From the NCBI RefSeq assembly GCF_036321535.1, contig NC_087436.1:115322001-115386000 (forward strand): a stretch of 64,000 nucleotides of DNA. The letters run 5' to 3'. Positions 38,141 through 52,295 of the stretch are shown here, piece by piece (within the stretch, counting starts at the first letter, position 1; every line of letters starts with the position of its first letter). This stretch comes from Camelus dromedarius (taxonomy: Eukaryota). Under the pieces are notes generated by a model. That model was given only the letters and a program-made list of their open reading frames with translations, did no database searches and was not told where the DNA came from. The position numbers and the translations under genes were made by a program.

Positions 38141-39124
38141 GCAGAGGTCAAAGCTTGAGGACTGATATTCCTGACTTAGGAACAAGGCATTCATACATTT
38201 AGATTAAACAATGAAATATTAAAGAATAGTTTAATTCAACAATACCTGAGACATCAGAATTTTGTTTGTGATTGACAATCATGTACACAAACAGTAAATA
38301 GAATTGTTTGTCCGTATGTCTGAAGACCGAAGGAATCACAGCAACTTGGAATTTGCTGTACAGACTTCATTTACAAGGGTTTTAGTAATCTTACCATAAG
38401 TGGTTCCATCACTGAGGTCAGTCAGACAAGTACAATGGCGCTATGCCAGGTTCAGGAAGTTTGCAGTTTTTTTTCTGTTTTTTTTTTTTTTTCTTCCCTC
38501 CCCTCATTTATCTGCTCTTCAACCTTGTGCAACCCATTTATGTTGTCTGAGCTTGTGCTTCCTTATTTGTAAACCAGAAGTAACATATCTTGATCTATCT
38601 GTTACACAGAATTGATGAGATAATGGATGTTAAAACAGGAAATGGGTGCTTAAACTGGTGTGGGGAGGATCTGATAACAGTTTGATCTGAATAATTTGGC
38701 ACAGATTCGTGGGTGATAAGGGCGTTGCTTCACTGTTTACAGTACATTAGCTTCTAGAGGAAGGTGGAGTGTATGTTGTGCTATGACAGTATTAAAACCT
38801 GGGAGCATCTTTGCTCCTCTGAGCTACTGCTTCCATTTCTACTTGTTCGCAGTCGTCTTTGACTTCTGGTGTCAGAGGGAAAGGTTCAAACACAAATCTG
38901 ATTGAAAGAACTCTAGAGTCTGCATGGTTGGTTGTGTACTGTATTTCAGTTGCCAGAACTTCCTCTGGCATATTGTTAATTCTTAAGGTTTGAATGAGTT
39001 GATATAGATATGCATAAGTGGCTAGAACTATGGAGGAATAGTTGGCTGACTCCTTGGATGACGTGGAAAGATGGTTGTGTGGATGACGTTAGTGGTGGTT
39101 CAGACACAGGAGCTGAGTCCATGG

Positions 39125-39207
39125 TTCCTTCCTTCCTTCCTTCCTTCCTTCCTTCCTTCCTTCCTTCCTTCCTTCCTTCCTTCCTTCCTTCCTTCCTTCC
39201 TTCCTTC
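39125..39207. repeat. Perfect (TTCC)n tetranucleotide microsatellite, about 20 units
   Basis: Directly visible. Confidence 0.97.
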
Positions 39208-42200
39208 ATTAAAGCATGTTGATTGCTCAGCCCAGGAAAGCCTCATGATAGAATGACATATGTGGCATGAGCCTTCTAGAATATAAGTTCTAGCACAGAA
39301 AAATATATAATCCAAACTATAAATCAGATGAGTCTTGAAGAGAGGTGTGGATAAATACAAATGAAAATTTCAAAAAGTTATAGATTTTTTGAAGAGGAGA
39401 TGATTCAAGGAAAGCTTTGTAAAAAGGTTATATTACACGATGGAATACTGTGGGATGGAAGGTTTGAAGGGGAAGGGAAGGCAAAATCAAGTTGGTCCAA
39501 ATCCACTTGTGCTGAAGAAGATATTTGACTATGATGATTCCTTGTCCAAATGTGATCTTCCTTGCCTTCCTACTAGTCAGTCAACTTCTGAAACACTCTC
39601 CCGTCTCTTGGAAACAAGTTATAGTAGTAAGAAGACTTACTATGCCTGGGTCCTGTGTAAAATGTTTCACAATTGCGCAGTGTATGACCGGCATTTTACT
39701 TAACATCTTTAAGCCTCACCAGATTCATGTATAAAATGGGAATTATGATGCTTACCTTGTGGGAACACAGTGTCAGACGTACAGTTCAAGCTCAAGGGAT
39801 GCTTGTCTAAGGAATGAATGGGTACCAAAGATGAAATTCAATGACTGGTGGGAGTATTGTGTGTACCGGGAAATTAGATAAACTCTGAAGACTTTTTCAG
39901 CTCTGTGCTTCTAATTATTGTTACTTTTAAATTTTTGTTGTGCAATATTAGGATATTTCAACATTTGGGAGAGGGGGCCAGGAGAGAGAAGTAGGTTGTA
40001 CAAAAAGGCAGTACTTAGTTACTTTTACATCGTGTTTCAGGGTTTATTCAAGGGCTTCCTCAACCTCATCACCTTAGATCATCCCCACAGTACCCTTTGG
40101 CAGGGAGCCCTGTATATTTGAAACAGTACAGAAACTTCACTGGCGAGATAAAATTTCCATACTGGGGTGTGATGTAGAAGTACACATTTTCAGAAATATC
40201 ATGCCTTGATATATTTAGCAATTGCATGGCTGGTCTACTATCTCTGAACTAAAATGACTCTCTATAAATAATCTGCAATTTGACAGGATTTTGTGCAGAT
40301 GCCTCAGTGCCCTCCTCATTATGTGTGTGTGGGTGTGCACGCAAGCATGAATTTATTTTCAACATTTGCATTTTTTATTGACTAGTCACAATTTTGGCAA
40401 GGTGAAGGGCTTGTGGTGGTTAGCGAACATGTGTCAGTACTGCCGTTGCTTTGAATGGAATGCCTTTGCCAGAGATCAATTTACACTGCTTAGTTTCTGA
40501 GCTGTCACTCTCCAGTGGATTGCCGTCACTCTAAAGCACGCTTGGCTAGTGGAGGCAATGATTTGAACTGTGTTTAGTCAATGGTCTGGTAATCAAAGTG
40601 CTTCTCTCATTGTAAATGATCCATCTCAAATAACTTTACCACATGGAATTATTTTCTGTTAAGTGATTTCTTCTAATAAGACAGTGCACCCACTGGAAAT
40701 CATGATCATATTATATCTTCTGTTCACATACCACCTCTCAACGCACTATGATCACTCCCACCCACCCCACCACACTACGCCTCCCAGGAAGAGTGGAGAG
40801 GACCATCCCTTGTTCATAAAGCAGCCGGAGCATCAGTGGGAAGGCCCCACCTGAGGAAGCTTTGAGCTCTCCTGTGACAGTGTTTATGTCAGAATCAGCT
40901 AGAACTTACCTCATATCACTGAGATTTTTGATAGGCTCTTTGAGACAAAGAGTTAAATGGAAAAATGTAAAGAGCTCTGACATGAATCTGGTTTAATGAC
41001 TATAAAAAAATTACTGGGTCCGCAAATAAAAGTGTATTTCCATTTCTAAAATGTTATTACATAAGATGATCTTCAAGTGTGTTTTGAAAAATGCCACCAT
41101 GAAAATTGAGCTGTTTTGATCATTATTTAATGTTTCAATATTCTCCCCCATGTATATGTCAACAATATTACAATCTTTTATCCATATCAGTGTGTGTAGG
41201 TATGTGTACTTTAATATATGTGTGTATGTATAAAGTTCTTAGGAAGACTATAATTTATCTAAGAATCCTAACTTGAAAGTCTGGCCTCTTTGCATTCGAT
41301 GTCTAATTATCACCAAGTCTGACAGAATTTAGAAATACAAAAATGTAAAGAAATGAAAGTTTGCATGGTGAAACAATCTCAAAATATTCTTAGTACAGGA
41401 AAATTACATGTAAGATATATATGTGTATATATACTATATATAATGTATGTATACACACACACATAAGATAAATATATAGTATGTGTATGTATATAGATGT
41501 ATAAATATTGTATATTGCATACATATCAGTATATATATATGTAACAAATGCATTATGTAATTATATATATGTGTACATATGTATGTATTAATATATATGT
41601 ATATATATTTGAGAATTGTTTTTGCCTTAACACCGGTAAGGACATTTATATTTACACTAATGTATCAAATGCTCTGAGATATCCTGCAGTAAAGAAATTC
41701 TTTTAGTGTTATTTAATCTGGAGTGGGAGTTACTCAAAATTTTTTGACTCAGAGCTGTTTTTCCGTGGGCATGCATAACCACATAAGATTCTTGCTCAAG
41801 AAGCGTTCTACTGTTCCTACTTTTGGAAATGTTAAATTAGACACTTTGTATAAATTTTCTCATTTACTCTTACAACGTATCCATGGGTTATTGTAGGGGA
41901 TTTTTGTTATTTTATTTTAGCTAAGGGAAACTTTTGACTGGCAAAATAACACCTTGAATTTCCTTTGGATGGAGGGAACACTCTTTCCAACCCTCAGCAT
42001 CAACTTTAGAGGCAGGCCCTGTATGATTGAATAAGCAGCTCATTCATATGTTTGTTTATTTGTTTATTCATTCAGTAAAATGTATGCCAGGCACTTCTAA
42101 AGGTTCTTTGTGTTATAGCTTCAAACAAAATAGACAAAAACATTGTAATGCTCGAATGCACAAACACATGCATAAGTGAAATATAGAAAAGATCAAATGG

Positions 42201-42379
42201 TGAAAAATGATATAGAGAAAAACTAAATCAGGAAGGGAAATGGAATGATAGAGGTTAGACATGTGGTTTCATTGCCCATAGTGATATACAGAGAGGAAAA
42301 GGGATAATTTCAGAGCTCTGAGATTCTTGAAATACCCAAAATAAATAGAGTTAAAATAATGTGATTGGTTCTGAGTTCT

Positions 42380-43985
42380 TTACTCAGTGAATATTTATTG
42401 AGGGCTGCCATATGCCAGGCATAGGTCAGATATTGCAGCTATGGTAATTAGTAAAAGATCTCTGATCTCATGGATACAGTGCTGTGATGAAAAATGTTTG
42501 AGAACTAGCTCTTCAAAAACTTCAGAGGGAGCCTTAGTTTGCAGAGATTATGGATTTTTGTGATTTAAATAACCTACCATGACCAACTGCAATCTACCAC
42601 TTACATACAGAGCAGGAAAGAGATGTACATGATCAGCTCTTGAGTGAAAGTAAGAGGAGACCCAAGCACACCACTGCATGCATCGTGTCCGATCATGTAA
42701 ATACAAATGCACTAAATGGTAAGTTAACACACGCATTGGAAGGTGACAGGTGCCAGCTCTAAACGAAAGCACAGCAGGATAAGGGGGTCAGGATGCTGAA
42801 GGGAAGGAATGTGGAGAGCAGTGTTAAATAAGGAGGCTGAGACTGACCTCTCTCAGAAGGTGCCACCTCAGCAAAGAAGGCTAGAGACATAGACAATCAG
42901 ATGCAGGAAGCAAGAGGCTTCCAGGCATGAGGACACCTAGAGTACAGGCTGTCAGATGGAAGTACACGTGACTTGTGTTGAGGAACAGCCTGGAGGCCAG
43001 TGTGCCTAGAGCAGAATGAGTGAAGGGGGGATATTAGATGAAGCTGGGGCTCAGATCTTATGTAGTCTCATAGACCACTGAGAGGGACTTTAGATTTTAT
43101 TCCCAGTTAAACTGGAAGCTGTCGTAGAGTTTTGAGCACAGTTTTGAGTGCTCAAGAGTCATGCTCTGTCACGGCTCTTGTTTTAAAGAAGGATCCTAGT
43201 TGCTAGGCAGAGAATAATGTAAAGGCAAATAAGTCAGTTAGGGTTCACTCAAGCGGTTCAAAATAGAGTGGTAACAAGTGGAGGTGGTATTAAGGGGTTG
43301 GTTCAGATGCATGCAGACAGGAGAGCCAGAAGGATGTCCTGATAGGTTATAGATGCCCTGTGAAGGAAAAAAGAGGGTAACGATTCCAAGGTGTTTGGCC
43401 TGAGTCAAGAGAAAAAAGTGGTTGTCATCAAACGGGATCAGGGAAACTTTGTGGCAGCAAAGTCTGGGGGTGGGCAATGGGCAGGACAGGACGCCACTTG
43501 TAGACATGTTGAATTTGAGGTGTTCTAGCACCCAGGGTGGAGCTAGACTGTGAGACAGAGGTCTGAGTGCAGATAAATATTTGGAGTCTTCTCTATATAG
43601 ATGACTAAAAAGCCATGTATCTGGAGTTGATTGACAAGCGAATAAATACAGGTAGAAAAGAGGACCAGGGAATGTCTCTTAGGGCACGACAACACTGAGA
43701 GGTCAGGGCAAAGCAGAGGATTCTGCACAAAAAAGTGAAAAAACAATGATCAGTGAGAACAGGATAAAAACCAGGAGAGTGTGAGGTCCTGGAGGTCAAG
43801 TCTGTCAAGAGGAGGGAGGGCCAGTTATTTCAAGTGGAGCTCACAGGTCAGGTAGCATGGGGTCTAAGAACTGACCACTGGATCACACAATGTGGCAGTT
43901 ACTATTAATATTTACAAGAATCATTTCAATGGATGGAGGCTGAGAATGCTTCTTAGTGGATTCCAGAGAGATAACAGGGAAAGAA
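42380..43985 (-). mobile_element. Long L2a LINE fragment
   Basis: Continuous antisense L2 (tatttattgagggctgccatatgccaggc...gattccaaggtgtttggcctgag...tagacatgttgaatttgaggtg...aagaactgaccactggat). Confidence 0.9.
42477..42676. mobile_element. MER63-like hAT MITE inserted in L2
   Basis: Terminal inverted repeats cagtgctgtgatg and aagcacaccactg. The 8-bp TSD matches at 6 of 8 positions (catggata/catgcatc). Confidence 0.8.
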
Positions 43986-44389
43986 GTGATATCAGGGCAG
44001 ATTTTCGAGTGAGCCTGTGATTTGTGGAGAGAGCTGTGGGACCTTACCAGATATACTTACGACTTTGATACTATCTTTTCAAAGCTATCTTCAAGTATGG
44101 CTTGCTTCCGGAGAAGGGACGGCACTATCTAGAGAGTTAGGCACTTCTGAGTTATATATTTTGTGACTTCTGCTCTGAGGTGATAAGACTAGGGTGTGGT
44201 GGCCTTATGTAGAACTTAAACAAGAAACTCAATGGGTCTCTTTTGCCTCTTGCTGATAGAGAGGTGAGTGGAGTCAATTTACCAGGAGCACTGGAGACGT
44301 GTGGTTGAGATAATCAATGTATTTCACTTCTCCAGTCCAAGAAATAAACCAAGTTCACACTTTTGTCTTACCTACTGGAGGAGACGTGC

Positions 44390-44670
44390 TCTCTTACTGC
44401 TGGAGTTGAGCTTCGAGGGGTGTTTGTGCTGTCTAATTGATACAGTGATCTTACGCTTGCCTGGGTAGAGCCTGGAGCCACCGTGTGGACCCTCCATAGA
44501 GCCAAGAGATGGAGACAGGCTGAGCCTTCTTGTCATCATTATGTCTTGACTCTAGCCATGCCTTCAGCCTCCCTGAGCTCTGACCATTTCATCTACCTAA
44601 GCTAATAAATTCCCTTCATAGCTTAAGCCAGTTCAAGCTGGATTTTATGTGAGGTTTTTAACTGAGCCAG
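44390..44670 (+). mobile_element. MaLR LTR (MLT1J/L-like)
   Basis: 3' end gctaataaattcccttcatagcttaagccagttcaagctggattt. Confidence 0.75.
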
Positions 44671-45825
44671 TAGGTATTAATATCACCACATTAGTGTAGA
44701 TGAGAAAACGGAGGCTGATGTTTCAGTGAATGACTAAATCCACAAACATACACAACTAATGCATGAAACCAGGTGTGTCTCAGGGTCACACACCTGCCTT
44801 ATTCTATTGAGAGAGAGAAAAAAATAGCAGAATAAACGTTTTTAAGAGTCTGCAGTTAGATAAGACTTTCACAGTTCCCTTAGCTTTGAGAAGGGAAGAG
44901 AATGCCCAGGGGCAGAGGGAGAGGATTCAACCAGCAAAGGAGAAACTGTACTTGGTTTCCAATTCTGCACCGACGTTCCAAGCTTTTTTCAACTCTGTAT
45001 GATATTGATGACAAAACAAACTAATGAAAATAAATAAAAAACAGAGTTAGATATCATTAGAAGTGTTTAAAAAAAAAAACCCAGTAGTGCCTGCATTGCA
45101 CTTAAGAAGAAACTCTAGAAAATTTAATTAGGGCAAAAAGGCCAATTAAAGTGGAATTCATATCTCCTCACATTAGTGTTAAGAAGGTAGAGGAAATTAC
45201 AGTTGTTCAGGTAAATAGCTTGGGATAGTGGTTCTCTTGAGAATCTGAGGTTTTATTAAGAAAGCCAATGAAGGGTAAATTCTATTCAGCAGTGCTTCCT
45301 AAAGAAAACTGAGTCAGAAAGGCCTCACTGGAGAGAGAAGACTGGAGATCTAAGAGTGATCTTAGCTGATGAGTTCATGACATTTTTAGGGCGAGAACAG
45401 CAGGGAAAATAGACAGCCAAGATATATGAAGGGGGAAGTAAAAGGTTGTTAATAAGAGCATGTTCTCAAGAGTTTTCTATCCACTAGTATTTTTCAGGAT
45501 GTCCAGACCTTACAAAGAATCATATAATCTAGCCCACGCCTCAGAAAATAAAAGTAAATAAATAAACAGGGAAAGCAACAAAGAGGAGAAACACACAGGC
45601 ATCTAATGTAAGGATGTAAAACAGGTCTTACTGATCACAGCTCACTTCACTTAGAAGAGGCAGCAGAGTGCAGCCTTGAAAGTCACTCTGTTTTCCTTTT
45701 TTATATATTTATAGGCACCACCTCAGCAACTCACATGGTCAGCTCCTCTACTTTATTGAAAAATCGGCTGAAATAGCACCTCTTCAGAGTGGACGTCCCT
45801 GATCATCCTTATTTAAAATAGCATC

Positions 45826-46150
45826 CAAACAAATGCAGGTAATAAATCAGAAACAGACCCACAGACATAGAGAACAAACTAGCAGTTACCAGAGGGAAGG
45901 GGGAGGGGCTAAATAGGGGTGTGGGATCATGAGGTACAAACTACTATGTATAAACTAGGTAAGCATCAAGGGTACACTGGAGCACAGAGAAATACAGCCA
46001 TTATTTTATAATATCTTTAAATGGAGTATAATCCATAAAAAACTGAATCACTATGTTGTACATCTGAAACTAATTTAATGTTATAAATCAACCAGACTTC
46101 AATTAGGGAAAAAAAAAAAAAAAGAGGAAAGGCCTGGAAAGAGGAAAGAA
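45826..46150 (+). mobile_element. 5'-truncated artiodactyl-type L1 3' end inserted in L2
   Basis: aaacagacccacagacatagagaacaaact...tacaaactactatgtataaa...gaatcactatgttgtacatctgaaactaat, then an A-tail. TSD-like aaaatagcatc and aagctagcatc. L2 lies on both sides (about 45700-46400). Confidence 0.85.
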
Positions 46151-46499
46151 AGCTAGCATCTTCTAATCTCCATCTTGGTGACTTTTTTTTTTTAATCTAC
46201 TCTTCAGTGCTATTCTTTAGAAGACTTACCTCAACTTGATCTTAAATAATGTCATCAACCAGTTCTTTTCCTTTAATCATCTGTTGACCCCTCTGTACCC
46301 CGAGAATGTAAACTCAGAACTCAGACTCTTATTTAACACTGTGTCTCCAGAACCTAAAATAAGTATAGGCCAACAAATATTTTTGAAAAACGGAATTAAT
46401 AAACATTTATTTTGGAATGAGGTTATTCGGTCCTGATCTGCTACTTGGGTTTTCACGTAATCATAGTTGGAGATTTCTCATTACTAGCTTTGACAGAGA

Positions 46500-48065
46500 T
46501 TTCACATCCCTTGTACTGAGAGTACTCCATTACATAAATGTAACGTAATGTATTTAACCACTTCCCTTTGGACATGATCTTCTAGTCTTTTATTGTTAGG
46601 GAAAAAAAGACTTGCGATGAATCTCACTTTCATTTTGCGATTAAATGTGAATCTGTTTATAGAAAACAATGCTAAAAAATGAATTTCTGGGTCAGAAAGT
46701 GTGGGCATTTGATAGCTGGGGTCATTTTGCCCTCCACTGGAGACTGTGACAGTTTATTCTCTAACTAGCAATAAAGAGGAGTGCTCACCTCCTTCCCATT
46801 ATACTGTGCTATCGAGCGTTCTTGCTCTCTCTCAGCTTGATAGGTAAAAAACCATGTATCATTGCAGATTTTTAAAAAATTTATTTTTTATGTCTTACTT
46901 GGCTGTGTTTGCTCTTTGTAAAAGTTTATTTTGCTGATTATTCTCATGAGCTGTTGGGGTTTTCTTATTAATTTATGTTAACTATACATTAAAAAAACAA
47001 GAACTTCACTTGTAATATGTGCTGCAAACTTTTCATCCAAGTCTTGTTTTCTTTTTTCACTTTATTTTTGCCTTGCAAAATATTTAATATTATGTGTATT
47101 GTCATTTTAAAAGAATATTTATGGCTTCTGGCTTTTGTCATTATTAAAAAGGTATTTTCCAAAAATATTTATGAAAAAAATCCTTCTAAGTTCTTACCTT
47201 TTTCAGATCATTTAAATTCCTAACTCAGTCTGAATGGTTTCCCTTTTTATTTTCTTATAAAACATCACATGCATTTAACTTTACACCATAAACTTGAGAA
47301 AGGAAAGAACAGTCTGTCCTTTCAGGGACTAGAGTTGATTGACATCTAAATAAATTGATGTTAAGTTTCATGTGTTACTCCTTACATGCTTCTATGTCAA
47401 GCACTGAGGAAAGCAAATTAAATGAATGATATATTTCCATTTACTTTCCTATCATTTCTTATATTTTTCCTAAGTTAATGTTAATGATATATCCTAAACT
47501 ATATTATTTAACTATATATCTAAACTGTATTTTAAAGTATGTACTTAAAATTTCTTGATCTCTGTTAGAACTCTAAGCTTTAGCCATAAATGAGCCCAGT
47601 TTTCCTTTATTTCTTGTTTAGTTTATTCTTGAATGATATTTAGATTTTAGTCCACTCCTTCACCTACATTTTCTCAGTAAAAAACTGCCCATCTTTTTAT
47701 TTTCAACCTCTCTGGGTCAAGTCATAGTCATCTTATTTTCCTTTGTAATCCAATATGATAGCCTTTGCATTTAAATAGGTAATTTTATTTTCATTTTTTC
47801 TTATGGAATATATATTTGGTCTTAATTATATCTCATATTTTATATGACAGTTTTTGCTCTTATTGCTCATTTTAAAAATTCTTTACTATATGAGGTATAT
47901 TTTTTGCTATTTTTGTGTGTGTCCCTTGATAATTTAGAATTATGTTCTGTTAATTGCTTTTCTTTATGTTACTTTTATAACTACAACTTTATATAAATTC
48001 TTGCTATGCCACTGATTTATGCAGCAACTACTAAATCTTCACAATGAGCAGTTGCAAGATTACAG
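46500..48065 (-). mobile_element. Antisense old L1 (L1ME-like) fragments
   Basis: T-rich sequence with degenerate antisense ORF2 motifs (aatttctgggtcagaa...tttattctctaactagca). Similar sequence resumes after the ERV-L insertion. Confidence 0.6.
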
Positions 48066-48071
48066 CACTAG

Positions 48072-48518
48072 TGTCTTCATTTAGTTTCTCTCAGTAGCAG
48101 ATCTTGAGACAAAGATTCAGGTGTAAGGTCGTTTATCTGGGAGGCAATGGTAGGAAGTGGGGAAGGAAGAAAGGCGCTAAGGCGGTATCAGCAAGCCAGC
48201 TCCCACTGTGGGTGCCTGCAGTGAAATCTTGCTGGGAAACCCTCAGCACCAGTACAAAACACTTCTCAGAATCACCTCATCTGAAGGAGAGGGGACTGGG
48301 GTGGTTACATACTAGTCCACACCAGCAATTTGTGGAGGGCTGCTCCGGGGTGTTAATGTCCCTGCACTGTTGACTGTTCTCACAGAGGAAGCAACATCAG
48401 TAACCGAGAAAGCCTAGGGTGAAGAAATGCAGGCACTCAACGTTGGAGTTGAAGCTGCTCTGCCCTGAAATTGAAAGGACTTGGAGGTAAGGACAGGGCA
48501 CTCACAGCATCCGCCGCA
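48072..48518 (-). mobile_element. 3' LTR (LTR16-type) of an ERV-L provirus
   Basis: The reverse complement starts tgcggcggatgctgtgagtgccc and ends ctaaatgaagaca. It is preceded on the minus strand by the polypurine tract aaggggagggc. Confidence 0.8.
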
Positions 48519-51500
48519 GCCCTCCCCTTGCACCATCCAGATTCACTCATGCCCCATGTCAAATTCCTGCCAGCAGTAATTTGAGACGGTGGTCTGTCCC
48601 AATTTCTAAAAAAAGAGAAAGTCTTACAAAAGAAGTTCTGATAGAACACGCTCTGGTCCCAGCTGCTGAAAGCCAGCGCAAGCGCTGAGGCTGATACACA
48701 ACACGCCGACTCCACCACCCCTTCTAGACCTCCTCTATCAGCACTTCTGCTTCTCCCTGGTTTTGATGACCTTATTAGAGTGTGGTCACTACAGCTGCCC
48801 CTTTACTACTGTTATAGGGCCGGACGTGGAGGCACCAAAAGACGCCCCCAGAAATCCACTGACTCCCATACTTTTTGATCCTTTTAACCACTGTATAACA
48901 GTAACATTATCTTCTCGTGACTACTGAGGTCAGTAAACCCAACCAATTATAATAACTCTTTTCTTTACCTGTTAGTCTACTAGCATGAAGAGTCCCGTGG
49001 CGGAGACACAGTAGAATTCTCACGGTTTCTCTATAAAGAGCATCCTAGTGCCCCGAAACTAGATGTCTAGCCCAGCAAAACCTAAAGCTGTAGGCACAGG
49101 AAGCACATATTCCCCAAGAAGGTCACTGAGAGTGATGATGAATGAGGTCGCCTCTACTTCTATCTCTTGGATTCTGAACCTCATTTACCCACCACAGAAT
49201 TAATATCATATAATGGCTGTTGGTCAAAAATATAGATCAAATATCAAAGGGCATCACTTCAGACCCATAAGGTACCGTACCTGAGCTGGCATCTTGGTTG
49301 TATCTTGAGGAGTCTATTCCAGTGTTTCCAATGGGTGGCAGTATGCAGGTGATGGAGGACATGGAGGAGCCAGTGAATCCTGCGTTCTTGTGCCAAATGT
49401 CATGCTTCCTTGTTGCCTTAAGTCAGTCTCTTGGTCTGAGATGATACTATGCAAAATCCCATGACAATAACCTAGTGGCCTTTTGGATAGCGGTGCTGGT
49501 CAAGGCACTCAGAATCAGGAGTACAAATCCATATCCAGAATACTTGCCAATCCCAATAATTATGAATTAGGCTCCCTACAGGCAACAAGGGTCTACTGAA
49601 ATCAACGTGCTGCCAAGTGTCTGTTAGTCTTTTTGAAAAGATGATGCCATATCATAGTTTTAGTGTTTGTCTCTGCTTCTGACAGGTTGGACATTCAATA
49701 GAAGCAGGAACTAAGTTGGCTGTTGAGTTGGTTTACTATGTCCACCCATGCCCTACAGCTTGTCAGCTGTCTCCTTGGTTATTCAGTGCCTCCACTGCTA
49801 TGACTGCTCTCAGGTTGGAGGACATAAAGATCTGCACAATTTGTGTTCAACCTTGACAGACCATCCATATGACTCTGACTCTAAAATATTTTTCTTCAAT
49901 CTCTTTATCTTGCTCTTTTAAGGACCCTGGCCAACCAGACAAGACATTTATCACTGTCTCTAATTCCATGTATATTCTTCACTCAGGCCACTTCTCTCTA
50001 CACATCGAGTTCATGAACAGAGGTTCAGTGCTTATAGCTCTGCCAAGTAGGAGGATTTTACTCATCGGTATCTTTCAAAGCCACTTTTGAATGAAGCTGT
50101 AGTGCAACAGAAGTCCATTTTGAGCTTATGCCTACATATCAAGGTAGCCCATTCATAAACTAAGCCAAGGTTTTCCTCTTTGATGACCCCTACAAGCCCT
50201 TACGAGTGACGTTCTACCCAGAACATGGCAATGTTTCTAACTTAACTGTTTTGGCCAGTGGAGAAAGAGGTTATTCCGGGGACTCCTGTGTGGTCTTTCC
50301 TAGTATGGTGGCTTTTCTACCATAGTTCAGGAAAACAATTTGAGGGTTTAATTCGGTGGTAATTAATTATATCCTGTCCTTACTTTGCATTTGATAACTA
50401 GGAAAACGGCCATAGTCATTTGTAGGCCATTGACTTACTCTAAGATGGATCAAGCCAGGGCTTCATTTATATTCTGGTATCTGTATGCCCCCTTCCCTAG
50501 TAATAAGGTCAATGTCATTTCAGACTCTGTAACTGACATCCTCAATACATGCAGCTGTTCCTATTACCCAAGTGTACAATTACTCATATAAATGGCCATA
50601 GATCCCTTTAGGAAAAGATTTATGGCAATGTTACAATATATATTTGTCAAAATATAGGATCTTCATCAAAGTCACATAACTTTTCTTTTAGTCAATGGCT
50701 TAGAAATAATTCTGGAAACTGGACTATATATGGTTTTGCAAGACAGATCAGGGTTTGGTTTACCTTTTTTCAAATCTTATTTTATTTGTAAGCCAAGCAA
50801 CATCCTCTGGCTACCTATCTCTCTTTCCCTCAGGAATGTGTATTTGTCATTCTGATTTTCTCATCCTTCGTGGTAATTATGTCCATTTTGCTTCTGATGA
50901 GTAAGTGCTTTCTTCTCTCAAGTGCTTTCTTCTCTCTTTTTCTATTCTGAAACTATTAGAACTCTTTCTAGAAGTCTAGAACTATGGATCTCAGTTCTAT
51001 GGAAAACATCCTGAGTTCCTACCATCACTGGTCTGCAAAGAACATTTATCACTGGGCTCCCCAGCAATGCTGATCTCCTCATGAATACATTCCTCATCAT
51101 CTTGATGGAATTAATGTCCTACAGGCCCTCATGGAGAATGTGGTTCTCTGTTCTAATGTTAGAGTACCCAACCACTTGAAACTTTAGATTCTTTTCTCAA
51201 CACTCTGCCAAAGCAATTCTGGCAACCTCACCTCATTGTTTGATTCAAGTTTTAAGGGGTCAACCTTGTAATGAATTTGGATTTAGATCCATGTGTCCTT
51301 GTCTGAATGTTAAATCCTGAGTCATGAGAGACAGAGTATCTATATGGAGCAACTTGCTCTATCCAATAATAAATTTTCCTTCTACCCTTGTTCAGCATCT
51401 TCAAGATCCATTCACAATCATATTCTCCTGGTTCCTGCTAATAAAAATTTGCCTTATCTTGTTATCTTTCTGATGAATAACTCTACCACCCTGAAACAAA

Positions 51501-52295
51501 GACATCATTCTCTTAGGCTATCTAAGATGTGAATTGTTATCAGTCTACCAGCTCTAAAGAGAGGTAGAAAAAATCTTGAGGATGACAATTCTAATCTTGT
51601 ATTTCCCCAAATTAAAACTGCATGATCTCTAAGCAAAGGGAATTTTCCAGCTAAGGGAAACTAGCAAGAGGTGATGGTGGGGGTAGAGGAAGAATGAGAC
51701 ACTTCCACAGAACTAGAAGGTTCTAGAGGATCTGGGGATTCAGGTTTCTCACAAATATTGGCTCATCTATTCCCAGCTCGGGTTTTAGGCTCCCACTTGT
51801 CTATAAGGCCTTGACTTTAACAAGAGGAATTTTTCAAGGCTATTAATTTATTATTATTTGTAATTCTGCTCCTCTAAGTCAGATTTTAAGTCTGAGTTTG
51901 AGCAAAACTTTCCCTCCAGCTGCAAAAGATGAGAGGCTCCTTACATACTGTTGTAAAAACCCTTTGGCTTTTATGTCATGCCCTCATTTGATAATTAGCT
52001 AAATGAGCTTTCATTTCTTCCCTTAGTGTTTCAGTTACACTTAACAGTAACCAATCCATAGTACTTCAAGCAAATGACAGAAATATTGCATTAGTGGGGG
52101 TATACCCCCCTATTTGTATCACATCCCAGTGTACCAGAGGTGAGCAAAATTGTAAGGCCCATGTTAGCTAAAGCACATCAGGTGTTAGCACCTCTTATCA
52201 AAAAAAAGTGTCATTATTATCTTCTGGTTGATAAGTGATCCAATTTCAGAATCCGTCACGAGACTCTGCTGTCTAGGACAGCTTCTCAAACCAAC
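48519..52295 (-). mobile_element. Decayed ERV-L internal region (gag, partial pol, dUTPase remnants)
   Basis: The minus strand at about 51300-51460 resembles ERV-L gag (QEPGEY..EWILK.L..G.R.I.LD.A...SHDSGFN). About 48930-49000 resembles ERV-L dUTPase (GL.M.VD.Q.KK.V...G..D). A PBS-like gttggtttgagaagctgtcctagacagcaga abuts the 5' LTR. Confidence 0.8.

Noticed and set aside
38976..39360. ORFs with PSFL and RKEG repeats (similar ones at 20219-20567, 21437-21739 and 52519-52825)
   Set aside because: They are translations of stop-free microsatellites.
50903..50936. Short tandem duplications (17-bp unit here; others at about 2655-2694 and 11170-11195)
   Set aside because: Ordinary two-copy slippage duplications with no spacers, so not CRISPR-like or functional arrays.
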